From positions 13,504 to 77,503 of the forward strand of contig CAZUGY010000002.1 in NCBI GenBank assembly GCA_964620265.1: a stretch of DNA of 64,000 bases, read 5' to 3'. The notes under the pieces are model-generated. The model did not search any database. It had not been told where the DNA came from and saw nothing but the letters and a program-made list of their open reading frames with translations. Origin of the DNA: an uncultured Alcaligenaceae bacterium (lineage in GTDB: Bacteria; Pseudomonadota; Gammaproteobacteria; Burkholderiales; Casimicrobiaceae). Every line of letters starts with the position of its first letter. Position 1 is the stretch's first letter. Shown here in pieces: positions 63,127 through 64,000 of the stretch. A program made the position numbers and the translations under genes.

Positions 63127-64000
63127 ATGTCGAGCATGAAGTAGATGACGGCGAAGACGCCGTCGACGATCACGATCAGCACGATGCCCGACACCACCGC
63201 GCGCGTGGCCGAGTCACCCACGGCGGAGGCGCCCGCGGCCGTCTGCAACCCGCGCAGGCAGCCGATGCCGGCGATGAGCAGGCCGAACACGAACGACTTC
63301 ACCCAGCCCGCCATGAAGTCCTGGAACGACACGATCGCCTCCACCTCGTTCACGAACGTGACGAAGGGGATCGAGAACGACAGCATCGTGAAGGCGCCGC
63401 CCAGGAGACCCACGAGATTCGCGAAGAGCGTGAGCAGCGGCGTCATCAGCACGGCGGCGATCACGCGCGTGGTCACGAGGAACCGGACCGGATCGAGACC
63501 CATGGTGGTGAGCGCGTCGATCTCCTGATTGACGCGCATCGTGCCGATCTCGGCCGCGAAGGCCGCGCCCGTGCGCCCGGCAAGCAGGATCGCCGTCATC
63601 AGCGCGCCGAGCTCGCGCAGCATCGCGAGGCCGATCAAGTCGGCCACGAAGATCTCCGCGCCGAACTTCTTCATCGGCACCGCCGACTGGAACGCGAGGA
63701 TCGAGCCCAGCAGGAACGAGATGAGCGCCACGATCGGCAGCGCATCGGCGCCCACGCGCTCGCAGATCACCCCCACGTCGCGCCAGCGCACCGACGACGG
63801 ATGGCGGATGGCGCCGGCCAGTGCGGCCACCGACTGGCCGAGGAACTCGACCTGCACGCGCAGGTCGCGGAACACGCCGGCGGCGGTACGCCCGACCTCC
63901 TCCACGGCGGGCCGCCGCGGGGGCTCCGGATCGAGGTCGTGGTCGAGCGCCTCGGGATCGTATTGGGCGAGCAGCGCCCCGAACGCGGGATCGAGGTTGG
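63123..64000 (-). CDS. MlaE-family ABC permease, 5' end outside the window
   Basis: RELGALMTAILLAGRTGAAFAAEIGTMRVNQEIDAL and VGDSATRAVV. The frame stays open to the window edge. Confidence 0.93.
   Translation of the reverse strand, partial: NLDPAFGALLAQYDPEALDHDLDPEPPRRPAVEEVGRTAAGVFRDLRVQVEFLGQSVAALAGAIRHPSSVRWRDVGVICERVGADALPIVALISFLLGSILAFQSAVPMKKFGAEIFVADLIGLAMLRELGALMTAILLAGRTGAAFAAEIGTMRVNQEIDALTTMGLDPVRFLVTTRVIAAVLMTPLLTLFANLVGLLGGAFTMLSFSIPFVTFVNEVEAIVSFQDFMAGWVKSFVFGLLIAGIGCLRGLQTAAGASAVGDSATRAVVSGIVLIVIVDGVFAVIYFMLDI

Noticed and set aside
1-64000. Mobile elements, defence systems, tRNA/rRNA, riboswitches
   Set aside because: No transposase, integrase, nuclease or toxin-antitoxin motifs were recognised, and no structured-RNA signature was visible by eye. 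An Infernal/Rfam scan would be needed to exclude small RNAs.

Overview
High-GC bacterial window, probably from a betaproteobacterium (inferred from gene content and style only). It holds about 50 tightly packed protein genes. I saw no rRNA, tRNA, CRISPR array, integrase or transposase. From left to right: (1) a tripartite RND efflux operon (1-5329). (2) An AraC-family regulator facing a ~15 kb catabolic/uptake region: MFS, CMD-like, beta-keto acid cleavage enzyme, quinone oxidoreductase and TauD dioxygenase, followed by a USP-hemerythrin fusion, DUF1302, DUF1329, YCF48-like, MMPL-type RND, acyl-CoA ligase and a YdeN hydrolase. The two promoters of this region share the same tandem-repeat and -10 geometry. 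(3) A DUF3302-HlyD-OMF module with no obvious pump, then a second RND operon whose adaptor is fused to an OmpA-like peptidoglycan-binding domain. (4) An Orn/Lys/Arg-type PLP decarboxylase followed by two AspT-family exchangers. It lies behind a near-consensus FNR box and a repeated motif that also occurs upstream of the pyruvate formate-lyase operon (pflB-pflA, a third AspT/YidE-family exchanger, and a FixK-like Crp/Fnr regulator). (5) An internally deleted MFS paralog, DUF3300-DUF2950 envelope genes, a GNAT, DUF2254, a BASS transporter and ppk2. (6) A minus-strand run: MlaE-MlaF-MCE-PqiC-like, a barrel-only Omp85 protein, an orphan, a DUF3141 PhaC-like hydrolase, pta, ackA and fabI. The best candidates for undescribed systems are the co-regulated lipophilic-substrate import/catabolism regulon, the decarboxylase/AspT exchange cycle tied to PFL fermentation, the adaptor-OmpA fusion, and the DUF3141/MCE/Omp85 block. 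Family names come from recognising motifs by eye, not from database searches.
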